A stretch of 64,000 nucleotides of DNA from Chiloscyllium plagiosum (lineage: Eukaryota). The notes beneath the pieces were generated by a model. It made no database searches. It was not told the origin of the DNA and saw only the letters and a list, made by a program, of their open reading frames with translations. Positions within the stretch are counted from its first letter, which is position 1. Every line of letters begins with the position of its first letter. A program made the position numbers and the translations under genes. This document shows positions 12,090 through 24,534 of the stretch, piece by piece. The stretch covers positions 10,540,832 through 10,604,831 of the forward strand of contig NC_057753.1 of assembly GCF_004010195.1 (NCBI RefSeq), in the 5' to 3' direction.

Positions 12090-12680
12090 AGGTGGCCGGG
12101 GGCGGGGAGAATGATCGCCCCGCCCCACCCAAACCACGCCCACTCTGCCCACGACGACCTCACGCCGGGGCCCCGCCCCTTGCGGTCTGGCGCATGTGCA
12201 GTGGGACGGAGACAGTCTTCTTGAGCGTGGGAGAGGGATGGCGCGGGCAGCTGACTGAGCAAGACTGGAAACCGCTGGAAAAGTTCAGCAGGTCCGGCAG
12301 CGCGTCTCGGGTCCGGGGATCCTCCTTCAGAACAGGACCAGGTTTCAGGAACATCCCGGGGAGGTCGCCGGGCCCCGAGCGCCAAGACCTGGCTCCTGCC
12401 CCCGGGGGAGAGGAGACAGTGAGACAGGGTAGGATTGGGACCCGCGGGAGGAGGGAGACTGGGGAGTTTATAAACTCCTAGGGGGAGGCCTCAGGCCTCC
12501 AATAGAAGCCCCACAGACCCAGTGTTTACTTCACCGGCGAAGGAGCTCTCGGGTTGCCCGGGCAACGGGCCGCCATCTTTGTGAGGGTAAGGCGCATGTT
12601 GTGTTGGGGCGGGGAGCGCGGGCGGCCATCTTGGTGAGGTCACCATCCGCGGTCATTTCCGGGAGAGAATTCCAACCTCG
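12090..12680. promoter_or_regulatory. CpG-island promoter upstream of ZF1
   Basis: CpG-rich against a CpG-poor background; GGGGCGGGG boxes (12100, 12606); NRF1-like GCGCATGTGC (12190); YY1-like GCCGCCATCTT (~12570) and GCGGCCATCTTG (~12622); candidate + donor AGG|GTAGGA at 12428/12429. Confidence 0.75.
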
Positions 12681-13712
12681 AGGCAGCCTTTGTGTCAGCT
12701 GGAATTTCCTCATTTCACTTTGAGAGACCTGGCCCTGAGCTTGGTCTGTGTGCCCTTTAAGGGCATCTTGTCACACAGAGATAGTGACCTAACCCCTTCT
12801 TTGGATCCAGTCGTATCCATCATGTGCCTTGTTAGCCGTGGCTGGGCCACCTTTTGTGTTTTATTTTTTCTGACAGGAAGGGACAACTATTGCAGTTCCT
12901 CCAGGTGCTATTTAAATGTTTGTCATTTCTTTCAATAATGTTCCCTCATTTGTTGCAGCCTGTTTGTGCCTCTGGGGATGTTAACCATTGCGTGCTTGGT
13001 TGTTCCTCGATAAGCTGCATTGCAGGTTCACCCTGAATTGAATTTTTTTGGCTACCCAAAATCAGACCTGCTCACTCTCAACAGTATCCAAAATGCAGAG
13101 AGATGTCAGTCTTGACGTTTTTGCTTTTCTGCCTCTGTAAGATCCTGAATCAGCACCTTCAAGAGAATTAGTTTGAGCGGAGTGAGAACAGAGGGGGAGA
13201 GAGAGTGGGATGGTGCTTTATTTTCTTTTGTTATTCTACAAAATTGAATGTTCTGCAGAAAGTAGAATTGCTTGTTCTGAATGTCTACCCTGCACTGACA
13301 GTGATTTTTGTAATCTCTTTTTACACAGTATTTGAACATCTGAAGACTGATGTTTCAAACTGAACAGATGAAGGGCTTATCCCTAAAACATTGACTCTCC
13401 TGCTCTTCGGATGCTGCCTGACCCGCTGTGCTTTTCCAGCACCGCACTTTTGGCACTGACTCTCCAGCCTCTGAAATTCTTACTTTGATGTCAATGTCTG
13501 ACAGTCACCCAACCCATCAGGATAGCAACGATTTTTGCCTGTGATTCTGTGAGAAGGAGCAAAGCTTTTTCATTTCTCTTTGAGCATCAGTGAGAGATCC
13601 TACTGTTCCAGCGCACTGATTGTGGAACCTGAAACAGTTATACAGCCTGGAAAGAGGAATTCACGGCAGGAAGGAGCTCTACAAGCATTTGTGTGTGGCT
13701 GAAGCATCGGCC

Positions 13713-14411
13713 ATGGAGAAACCTGAGGGATCCCGCCCTGTGGAGAAACTGTGGAAGTGTGGCGATTGCGGAAAAGGCTTCCGTTTCCCATCTGCCCTGG
13801 AGACACATCGGCGCAGTCACACCGGAGAGAGGCCATTCCCCTGCACAGAGTGCAGGAAAGCCTTCAGCTATTCCTATGACCTGCTGAAGCACCGGCGGGT
13901 ACATACAGGGGAGAGGCCCTTCAGCTGCCCTGAGTGCGGAAAGGGCTTTACCCAGGCCTCCAACCTGCTGACCCACCAGCAGGTCCATATCAGGGAGAGG
14001 CCGTTCCTCTGCACTGTGTGTGGAAAGGCCTTCAGCAATTCTTCTGCCCTGCTGACCCACCGGCGGGTCCATACAGGAGAAAGACCCTTCAGCTGCCCCG
14101 AGTGCAGGAGGGCCTTTAGCGATTCCTCCGCCCTGCTGAGGCACCGGCGGGTCCACACCGGGGAATGGCCCTTCAGCTGCCCTGAGTGTGGGAAGGGGTT
14201 CAGCGATTCCTCCACCCTGCTGATCCACGAGCGGGTCCACACGGGGGAGAGGCCCTTCAGCTGCCCCAAGTGTGGGAAGGGCTTTAGCGATTCCTCCACC
14301 CTGCTGACCCACCGGCGAGTCCATACTGGGGAGAGGCCCTTCAGGTGCCCCGTGTGTGGGAAGGGGTTCAGTCAGGTGGGCAATTTGCGGAGGCATGAGC
14401 GGCTCCACTAG
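13713..14411 (+). CDS. C2H2 zinc-finger protein ZF1, 8 tandem fingers, ~232 aa
   Basis: ATG in GCCATGG context; 8 Cx2Cx12Hx3H units with TGERP-type linkers; candidate splice acceptor TTTTTTACACAG ending at 13328; no effector domain visible. Confidence 0.9.
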   Translation: MEKPEGSRPVEKLWKCGDCGKGFRFPSALETHRRSHTGERPFPCTECRKAFSYSYDLLKHRRVHTGERPFSCPECGKGFTQASNLLTHQQVHIRERPFLCTVCGKAFSNSSALLTHRRVHTGERPFSCPECRRAFSDSSALLRHRRVHTGEWPFSCPECGKGFSDSSTLLIHERVHTGERPFSCPKCGKGFSDSSTLLTHRRVHTGERPFRCPVCGKGFSQVGNLRRHERLH

Positions 14412-14857
14412 GGGAAGAGGCCCTTCAGGGGCCCCGAATGCAGGAAGGGATTCATCTGCTCGGTTAGCTGCTGACCCACGTGGGTCCATGTGGGGGAGTG
14501 GCCATTTGCCTACTTTCAGTGAGAGAAGGCATTCTCTTGGGGGTGAGGGTTTGGGGTGGGGAAGAAAACCCCTATCTGATTCACTCATACCCTTTGTAGA
14601 GGAGGAAACTGCCTTGTGGGAAAGGATTCACTCAATTGTCCCAGTTGCATCCTTTACCCAGTCTGGCCTACACGTGACTCCAGACCCACAGCAGTGCAGT
14701 TGACTCTACATTGCCCCTTCCCATGGCAAATGAACAGGGAGAAACTTACTTGGACACAGGGTATGGCTGTACCATGGATCCAATTACAAAGGGACAACTC
14801 AGTGCTAATGAATAGTAAAGGGGTGCGGTGGTGGTGTGTGTATGTTTTGACCTTGAG

Positions 14858-15168
14858 TTTAGATTAGATTACTTAGTGTGGAAACAGGCCCTTTGGCCCA
14901 ACAAGTCCACACCGACCCGCCGAAGCTCAACCCACCTAGACCCATTCGCCGACATTTACCCCTTCACCTAACACTACGGGCAATTTAGCATGGCCAATTC
15001 ACCTAACCTGCACATCTTTGGACTGTGGGAAGAAACCGGAGCACCTGGAGGAAACCCATGCAGACACTGGGAGAATTGTGCAAACTCCACACAGTCAGTC
15101 GCCTGAGGTGGGAATTGAACCCGGGTCTCTGGCGCTGTGAGGCAGCAGTGCTAACCACTGCCGCCCAC
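14858..15168 (-). mobile_element. HE1-type SINE in ZF1 3' flank
   Basis: Family match; absent from the paralogous ZF2 flank (~45190-45210). Confidence 0.85.
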
Positions 15169-15928
15169 ATTGTTTTAAAAAAAAAAGCTACTTTTCTACA
15201 CTTTTTTTGCTTGGGGGGGTTCTGAGGCTATAACAAAGTTGGGTCGCAATGTAATATATTAGATGGAGCAGTGAATGAGTAGAAATTGTAAATTTTTCAG
15301 GAGTGCAGGTACTGCATCGTTTCAGAGGCATTGTAAAGTTTACTGGCAGCACTGGGAGGTGTGGACTGCGTTCACTGGAAATGATGTGGAGGTGAAAATG
15401 TGTTGCTGGAAAAGCGCAGCAGGTCAGGCAGCATGATGTGGAGGTGCCAGTGTTGGACTGGGATGGATAAAGTTAAAAATCACACAGCACCAGGTTATAC
15501 TCCAACAGATTTATTTGGAAGCACTAGATTTCAGAGTACCACTCCATCATCATAAGATCATGATCACAGAATTTCTATCCAAAGATGTCCAGTGCCACAC
15601 AGATGTGATACATTAAATAATTTTAGATAAAATCTTTCATCTTTTCAAAGGGGTTTTTGTTCTTGGGTGTATTAATCCCAAATCTTCTTTTAAATAACAT
15701 TCTCAAGACAGAAAAGCTCTGCAGTTAAATTACATTTGCGACCACCACCCACTGCGCCCCTGGCCATTCCCCTCCGCCACTCAGTGCCCCCAGTCCACTG
15801 CCCCCCATGATCCACAGCACCTCCTGTCCATTCTGTCTCTCCCCGAACACCTGATCCATTCTTTCTCACCCTTGTCCATTTTCTCTTGTCCCCCTCCCTC
15901 AGCCCACCCCCCGTCCATTATCTTTGTT

Positions 15929-16272
15929 CTTTTACTGCTGCCCCTCCCCCACCACGTCATTTCTTCAGCCCTCTTTGATCGCTATATCAAGCCTATGAAG
16001 AGAGAGAGAATGGATGCTGACGACTCCGACTCAACGTGGGAGACAGGAGGGGTCAGAAATGGCTTAGATTACTTAGTGTGGAAACAGACCCTTCGGCCCA
16101 CTTTTACTGCTGCCCCTCCCCCACCACGTCATTTCTTCAGCCCTCTTTGATCGCTATATCAAGCCTATGAAGAGAGAGAGAGAGAGAATGGATGCTGACG
16201 ACTCAACGTGGGAGACAGGAGGGGTCAGAAATGGCTTAGATTACTTAGTGTGGAAACAGACCCTTCGGCCCA
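15929..16272. repeat. ~170-bp tandem duplication that includes a SINE tail; the SINE continues to ~16508 (-)
   Basis: cttttactgctgcccct...acccttcggccca occurs twice (15929-16100 and ~16101-16272). Confidence 0.9.
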
Positions 16273-19200
16273 ACAAGTCCACACCGACTCTCCGAAGAGT
16301 AATCCACCCAGATCCATTTCCCTCTGCCTAATGCACCTAACACTACGGACAATTTAGCATAGCCTGTTCACCTGACCTGCACATCTTTGGACTGTGGGAG
16401 GAAACCGGAGCACCCGGAGGAAACCCACGCAGACACGGGGAGAACATGCAAACTCCACACAGACAGTTGCCCGAGGTGAGCAAGCAGTGCTAGCCACTGA
16501 GCCACCGTGTCTTTAAAATTGGGTATAGCTAAACTGATATTCAGAAACATCATTAAAGTCTGAAAACATTCAATTTTTTTTAAAAGAGCTGCTGAAACCT
16601 GCACTGAAATATGTGCAGTTCAACCATAACTCAGGAAAAACTGAGGGGTGAATGGCTTATTCCTCGTCTTGTGAAATTGGTTCCAAGTATGTAGTAATAG
16701 AGTTGTACAGCTTGGAAACAAACCCTTCAGTCCACACTGACCAGATATCCTAAATTAACGTAGTGACCCATTTGCTATCATTTCGTCCATGTCCCTCTAA
16801 ACCATTCCTACCCATAAAAGGCATCTGGATGGGTATAAATGTTAAAATTGTACCAGCCTCCACTACTTCCTCTGGCAGCTCATTCCATGCACATACCACC
16901 CTCTGCATGAAAAGGTTGCCCCTTAGGTCCTTATAAATCTTTCCTTACCCTAATTCTATGCCCTGTAGTTCTGGACTCCTCCCTCCCCTCCAACGCTGGG
17001 GAAGACAGACAAAACTTGACTCCCAACTCCCCATTACCCCCATCTCTGGATTCATTCCAGTCACTACAAGTGAACAGGTTTCCTGTCCCATCCTCTCCCG
17101 CCCAGAATAGAGAGTTGCCCAGAGAGAGGGAATTTCACTCAAACTCACAAAACCATTTCCACGCAGTGACATCAACAATGGGACAAGGGGGTAGGACAAA
17201 GTGTCTGGATGATGGGCTGGGGAAGGAGCATGGTGTGGAGGGAATGAGGGGCGGGGCAAAGCCAAAGGCAGGTCTCTGCACTGCACCTGCTGCGCAGGGC
17301 TGACCCGCATTGCGCCTGCATTGCCCTGGATGGTTTGCGTAAATCTCTTCCCTTCGGAGAATCCCCACCATGTGGAAGCAGGCCACTCAGCCCAATGAGT
17401 CCACATCGATCCTCTGAAGGGTAACCTACCCACACCCATTCCTCTACCCCAATTGCTTGACATTTACCCCTGACTAGTACACCTAACCTGCACATACCTG
17501 GGCACTATGGGCAATTTAGCATGGTCAATATACCCTCACCTGGACAAAGTTAAAAATCACACACCAGATTAGAGTCCCAACAGGTCTCTTTGGAAGGACT
17601 AGCGTTCTGACTGCTGCTCCTTCATCAAGTGGTTGTGGCGAATCAGATCTTAAGGCACTGAATTTATGAAAAAACACTGCAGTGTCATGCCACTGAAATG
17701 ATATGTTTAACAAACCTGGATTGTTAAGTCTTTCATCTTTTAGAATGGGTTTCAGATATCATTAATATGCAAGCCCCAGGACTTCCTGTAAGACACCTTC
17801 TTGAGATAACTTAAGGTTTTATAACAAAAGGTGACATCTTAGCTCAGACAATGGATTGAGGGCAAAGTCTGTATCCCAATCTTGGTCCTATTTCCGAAGT
17901 GGAACTTATAAAATATTACATGGATTGATTGCCTGCAAATTGTGCATTTTTTGCGCAAAAAAGAATGTATCTGCAATTATCATTTGGTAAATACAAATTG
18001 ACCCCTTTGGACCTGTGTGTGCGCATGTGCTCATGAAAGAGAAAAAGTCTATATCAGTGGTGTATTTCATAACAGATGCTGGTGTAAATATTACTGTAAA
18101 TCACAGCTGGCTTCTAATACTTAGATGTAAGGGAGACAGAATTCCTCAAGTAGGGCACCTTAAGAATCCTGGGAGACCACTATTTCTGGTTTACTTCTGA
18201 ATGAACAAACATTAAACACAAGCACCTATTTATTTTGAATTTTGTTTCATTTTTCTTGCTTGATTCCCTGTTATGACTACACAGTGTCTGGATGGTGGAC
18301 AGGCTGGGAGATTGTGGGTTGGGTCTTGATTGACAATGTTTTATTGTTCCAGAAGGTGTAAAAGGGGTTAAAGCTTCAGCAGAAATCCTTCAGAGCTGAG
18401 AACAGACAACATCTTACTCTGTGGGAACAGGGAGATCAACAGAGGACAGAAATCAGGACCTGAAATCCGAGCTGACACCACACTACCCTGTGATCAGTGC
18501 TTTGATTAGCAGTGCTAATCCTCTAGCTTTACTTAGCTTCACATTTTACCAGACCATCGATATTCAGGATCTAATCCTCGTTATCCTGAAGCCATGTCTC
18601 TGTAAGGAGTCTCCGATCATAATTATTCTCTTCAACGTGGGCACTGCACTTTTGCTACAATGCAGCGCACATGCAGACACACCATTTTTAGTTTCAGTTT
18701 TTGTGATCTTTGGAATTCAGTTTTGATTGCTGGTGCATTTACTGTCCTTGTCCCTTTCTATCGTTCTCTGGTGCTCATTTTCCACATCACCACATTGCTC
18801 CCCGGCCTTGATTTGGATTGGCCATGCTAAATTATCCTTGGTGTCCAGGGATATGCAGGTTAGGTAGGTTAGCCATGGAAAATGCGGGGCTATAGTTTCA
18901 CAGTAATAGAAGCAGGAATAGACCATTTGGCTCGTCCAGCCGCTTCACCATTCATTAAGGTCATGGCTAATCTATCCATCGCCTCAATTCCTCCTCCATG
19001 CATTGTCCCAACTACCCTTAATACCCTTACCGTTCAAAAACCCATGCAACTGTGTCCTGAATCTATTTAATGAAGCCGCTTCTACTGCTCCCTTGGGCAC
19101 AGAATTCCATAGATTCACTACTCTTTGGGAAAAGTAGTTCCTCCTTATCTCTGTTCTAAATCCAGTCCTCCAAACCTTGTGACCTTGTCTAATCCACCAG

Positions 19201-20336
19201 CAGAAATGACTGGATAGCTTAGGGCTTCATTCCCACAGTATAACGAATTTCCACTTTCCACCAAAATCCCAGATGTCTCACTTAGTTACTTGCTGTTTCA
19301 CAAATGAAAGATTTCATTGAGATTTCTACTGGTCCCAGTAAGGGCAAGACATCTTTGAAAGCTGCTCCGAAAGTCCAGTTCACAACCACACTTCTGCTTT
19401 CACCAAAGGCAATTAGAGTTCTACACCATGGAAACCGACCCTTCAGCCCAATTCGTCCATATTGGCCAGATAACCTAAATTAATCTAGTTCCATTTGTCC
19501 CATTTCCCTCTCAACTCTTCCAAATTATGTCCGCACACAGATGCCTTTTAAGTGATTGAATTGTACCAGCCTCCACCACTTCCCTCAGGCAGCTCATTCC
19601 ATACATGCACCAACCTCTGTGTGAAAAAGTTGTCCCTCAGGTCCCTTTTAAATCATTCCCCTCTCACCTCTACATAAGCCCTCTCATTGAAGACTCCCCT
19701 ACCCCAGGGAAAAGACCTTGGGTATTCACCTTATCCATGTCCCTTGTAAACTTCTATAAAGGTTACCTCAGCCTCCGATGCTCCAGGGAAAATATCCCTG
19801 GCCTATTCAGCATCTCCATGCAGTTCAAACCCTCCAAATCTGGCAACAGCTTCATAAGTCTTTTCCAACCCCTTTCAAAATTTCACAAGTTCTTTCCTAT
19901 ACCAGGGAGGCCAGAACTTAAAAGCAGTCTTCCGAAAATGCTCTAACCAATGCACAGCCACAACATGACTTCACAACTCCTTTACTTAATGCTCTGACCA
20001 CAAAGGAAAGCATACCAAATGCCTTCTTCACTATTCTATCTACCTATGACTCTACTTTCAAGGAACTATAAACCTGAACTCCAAGAACTTTGTTCAGCAA
20101 CACTCCCCTTAACTGTGTCAGTCCTGCCTGGGTTGCTTGTCTAAAATGCAACACCTCATATTTATACAGTCAGAGATGTACAGCATGGAAACAGACGCTT
20201 TGGTCCAACCCGTCCATGCCGACCAGATATCCTCATAATTTTGCAAACCTCTATAAGGTCTATAACCTCTATAAACCTCTTCAGCCTCCGATGGTCCAGG
20301 GAAAACAGCCCCAGCCTGTTCAGCCTCTCCCTATAG

Positions 20337-20695
20337 CTCAATCCTCCAACCCTGGCAACATCCTTGTAAATCTTTTCAGATATTTATCTAAATTAAGCTC
20401 CATCTGCCATTCCTCATTAAGGGCTCCTGCCCGAAGCGTCGATTTTCCTGCTCCTCGGTTGCTGCCTGACCTGCTGTGCTTTTCCAGCACCACACTAATC
20501 TTGACTCTAATCTCCAGCCTCAATCCTCCAACCCTGGCAACATCCTTGTAAATCTTTTCTGATATTTATCTAAATTAAGCTCCATCTGTCATTCCTCATT
20601 AAGGGCTCCTGCCCGAAGTGTCGATTTTCCTGCTCCTCGGTTGCTGCCTGACCTGCTGTGCTTTTCCAGCACGACACTAATCTTGACTCTAATCT
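20337..20695. repeat. ~182-bp tandem duplication of a CR1/Penelope junction
   Basis: ctcaatcctccaaccctggc...ctaatct occurs twice. Confidence 0.85.
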
Positions 20696-22079
20696 GCAGT
20701 ACCCACTTCCACCCCTCCATCTACCACACCTCAGTCCGTTTCCAATCCCAATAATTCTAATTTATACCAAACTCTCTTTCCCTCCCTCATTCCCTAGAAG
20801 CTGAAAATCTCCACACCACACACTGTCCCTCCATTTTCTTTTCGCTGAAACTAATCCCTGCTGTACCTCATCCTGAAGGGTCAAAATACTGACTGGCCTG
20901 GTCAGAGTGGATGTTCGGAAGATGTTTCCATTGGTAAGAGAGACAAGGACCCGAGGGTACAGCCTTAGAGTAAATAGAAGACCTTTTAGAATGGAGATAA
21001 GGAGAAACTTCTTAGCCAGAGAATGGTGAATCTATGCAATTCATTGCTAGATCACGGAGGATATTTAAGACTGAGATAGATAGGTTCTTAAGTAAGGGAA
21101 TTGAGGGTTACAGGGAGACCTGATGGGCTGAATGGTCTAATTTCTGCTCCTATGTCAGATGGTCTCTTGTTGTCCTGGACACAGAGTGAGAACATTGGGA
21201 GCAGGGGTAGTCCATTTGTTCTTTCGAGCCTAAACCAACATTGAACAGATCATGACTGGATATGGATTTCCCTACATCTAGGTGGATAGGCTGGGACTTT
21301 TTTCACTGGAGCATAGGAGGTTGAGAGGTGACCTCAGAGGTTCAGAAAATAAAGACGGGGATAGATGAGGTGAATGGTGGGTGTCCTTTCCCTAAGGTGG
21401 GGGTTTCGAGATTAGGAAGCAAATTTTGAAGGTGAGTGGAATGAATGTCCAGACCAAGTGGTGGATGCCGGTACAGTAACAACATTCAAAAGACCTTTGG
21501 ATAAGTACATGAATAGGAAAACATTCGAGGGATATGAGCAAGACACAGGCAGGTGGAACAAGGTTAGTTGGAGAACACAGCATGGACTGAAGGGTCTGTT
21601 TCTATGCTGTATGATTCTGTATCTGATCTGTTCTGTATCTGATCTGTTCTGGACTGGTCTTAAAACCATTTTGTTGCCTTCCCCCATAAACATTCACTTC
21701 TTTCTTCAAAAAACAGATGAACTCAATTCCTCTTGCTGACATACCACTTGCCTTGCTGATTGCTTGCTGCTCCTGTCTGACAACTGGCAGTGACTGGTGT
21801 AGAAGGACATTGAGGCCCCTTTGTACATCCACACATCATTCCTGATGAAGGGCTCGTGCCCAAAATGTTGAATTCCCTGCTCCTCGGATGCTGCCTGAAC
21901 TGCTGTGTTTTTCCAGTGCCATAATTTTCAACTCTGACCTCCAACATCTGCAATTCTCACTTTCTCCATATCCCAATAAATTGTCATTTAAACAATACAC
22001 CTCCTTTCTGCTTTTATTTTCACAGCAAAAGTTATAACCTCACATTATGCTATTGTACTTGCCACGTGTTTGCCAATTG

Positions 22080-22590
22080 TGGTCTCTCCACTGTAGAGAA
22101 GACCAAGCATAAACTTGAGTTCGCCGAGCGTCACAGCAGGATCCACAGAGGCCGATCGGACCTCCCAGTCACCACCCGTTTTAATTCCCCTTTCCACTCC
22201 CTTTCTGACATGACTATCTTAAGCCTCCTCTATTGCCACAACGAACCAAACCGCAAATTGGAGGAACAACACCTCATCTTCCACCTGGGCAGCCAACAGC
22301 CTGGAGAACTCAATGTTGAGTTTCAATTTCAAATATCCTCCCTTTACCATCCCCCGACTCCCTTCCCAGCCCCACCCCCTTCGTTCCACTCCTCCTTGCC
22401 CCCAACCAGATTCCTTCTTCCCATTGACCAACCAGGTCCTACCCTCTCCTCCCTTCAACCACCCTGCCCTGACACCACCTTGTTCTGCAGCTCCCCCTAC
22501 ACCCACTCCCAGTCCTGAAGAAGGGTTACACCCAAAACGTCGACTTCTCCACCTCCTGATGCTGCCTGGCTTGCTCTGTTCTTCCAGTCG
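22080..22590 (+). mobile_element. Penelope-like element 3' end with GIY-YIG endonuclease remnant
   Basis: KTKHKLEFAERH...DLPVTTRFNSPFHSLSDMTIL...RKLEEQHLIFHLGSQQPGELN, then pyrimidine-rich 3' region and hammerhead-like motif at ~22511-22545. Confidence 0.85.
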
Positions 22591-23219
22591 AGACACTGAC
22601 CAACCTTTCCTGAGTCTGTCCCCTCCCTGGATTCACTTCTTTTCCTTTAAAGTAAACAACTGAACCCCAGAATGAAAAATAAACGTAAATTGTGGTGAGA
22701 AAAGAGTGCTGTTCCCACAGATATTGGACAGCAGAAAGAAGTTGCAGTCTGGACTGAAGCTCAATCTTCATTTAGAGAGAGAGGAGCAGCAGGAGCTTCA
22801 GAAGCTCATGGCCCACCTTCCACATTCAGACAATAGGGGGGCTCTGATTGGCAGGAGGACAAGTCTCTTCTGGTCCTCCAGTGCTCCTTATTGGTCCATC
22901 AAAAGAAGATCTCCTGTCTTTTCTGCCGATAGCGAGGAACATGCTCAAAGTTTTGGTGACACCTACGAACATGCACCTGTTTGTTGACACCGAAGAGGGT
23001 ACACAATATGCTCTGTGGCAATGCTGGTGTTACTGACCAGATTGTGTGTCCAAATGCCAATAGGAGAAGAAAAGGGTAGAGCCACATTTTCCCCCCTTAC
23101 GTGGCTCGACATTTTATTGCTTTTGCATTTTTTCTGGCTGCTCAACTTTTTTGTCTTTTCCTCAGTGTAGGGGTGAAGTTCGGAACTAGAGGACATAGGT
23201 GTAGGATGAGAGCGGATGT

Positions 23220-23531
23220 GGGCGGCACGGTGGCACAGTGCTTAGAACTGCTGCCTCACAGCGCCAGAGACCCGGGTTCAATTCCCGCCTCAGGCGACTG
23301 ACTGTGTGGAGTTTGCACGTTCTCCCCATGTCTGCGTGAGTTTCCTCCGGGTGCTCCGGTTTCCTCCCACAGTCCAAAGATGTGCAGGTCAGGTGAATTG
23401 GCCATGCTAAATTGCCCGTAGTGTTAGGTAAGGGGTAAATGTAGGGGTATGGGTGGGTTGCGCTTCGGCGGGGCGGTGTGGACTTGTTGGGCCAAAGGGC
23501 CTGTTTCCACACTGTAAGTAATCTAATCTAA
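23220..23531 (+). mobile_element. HE1-type SINE inserted in a CR1 3' end
   Basis: Full head and (TAATC)n tail. Confidence 0.9.
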
Positions 23532-24304
23532 TATAAAAGGTACCTAAGGGGCAACTTTTCCAAGCAGACGGTGGGGTGGTGAGTGTATGGAATGCGCTGC
23601 CAGAGGAAGTGGTGGAGGCTGGTATAATTACAGCACTTAAAAGGATCTGGATGAATAGGAAGGGCTTAGAGGGATATGAGTCAAGCACTGGCAAATGGGA
23701 CTAGATTAATTTAGGATACCTGGTCGGCATGGACGGGTTGGACCAAAGGGTCTGTTTCCATGCTGTACAACTCTGACATCTCTAAATAATAAAAAGTATA
23801 CTCTGACAAATAACAAACTATAACAAGGCTTAGTACATCACATGCTGGTGCATAATCTCCTTCACTAGTATTTACACACAGTGTAAGCAATTGCACAAGT
23901 AACAGCAAGGGTAAAAAAGCATAAGGATTTAAAAAAGACAGGGTAAAATGCACAAAAAGTTTTTTTAAAAGGATAAAAGCACAAGTCCCAGTAAAAGCAA
24001 ATGGAAAGTGAGTGTAAAATGTCACTATGACAGGACAGGCCCCACATTCCTTCCCCTCCGTCTCCCCCCCAACCTGCCTCACCTTTCACCTCCCGGGCCC
24101 AGTACCTTCCAGGTGGCCCCATAGTTGACACAGGGGCCGCCCCACGACCAGTAGAACTCCACCACCCAGGCGGCCGACAAGTTCCCAAGCAGGCCCTTAA
24201 CCCCATCCGCATCCAGAATGCTCACCGGCTCCTGATGCAAAATATTCATTTACTATTTCCCCTATTTTTGTGGCTCCACACAAAGGCAACCTTGCTGATC
24301 TTGG

Positions 24305-24534
24305 AGTGGGTGAAAATGTGTTGCTGGAAAAGCGCAGCAGGTCAGGCAGCATCCAGGGAACAGGAGAATCGACGTTTCGGGCATAAGCCCTTCAGGAATG
24401 AGGAAAGTTTGTCCAGCAGGCTAAGATAAAAGGTAGGGAGGAGGGACTTGGGGGAGGGGTGTCGGAAATGTGATAGGTGGAAAGAGGTCAAGGTGAGGGT
24501 GATAGGTCAGACTGGGGTGGGGGCGGAGAGGTCA
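24305..24534 (-). mobile_element. Penelope-like element terminus running into an assembly gap
   Basis: Reverse complement near-identical to 58890-59095. Confidence 0.85.

Larger units (their letters stand above)
17040..23780 (-). repeat. Segmental duplication, cassette copy A
   Basis: Colinear non-TE matches to copies B and C, e.g. 18240-18780 ~ 28090-28640 ~ 49520-50170; 19190-19410 ~ 29040-29255 ~ 51300-51530; 22660-23160 ~ 63040-63490. Confidence 0.9.

Noticed and set aside
11969..12481. 170-aa Pro/Gly/Arg-rich ORF
   Set aside because: Non-ATG start; typical open frame across a GC-rich CpG island
13620..13712. N-terminal extensions of ZF1 and ZF2 from the tracked ORF starts
   Set aside because: The tracked starts are non-ATG; both paralogs share a downstream ATG in good context, and the extension resembles a decayed finger/linker
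13638..14588. 316-aa antisense ORF over ZF1, and similar antisense or alternate-frame ORFs over ZF2 (45729-46431)
   Set aside because: Shadow frames of GC-rich 84-bp finger repeats; no independent evidence of coding
18480..18760. Similar ORFs in all three cassette copies (ILKPCLCKES..IIILFN) suggesting a conserved peptide
   Set aside because: The opposite strand reads TETWLQDNED*ILNI, an old CR1 endonuclease fragment duplicated with the cassette
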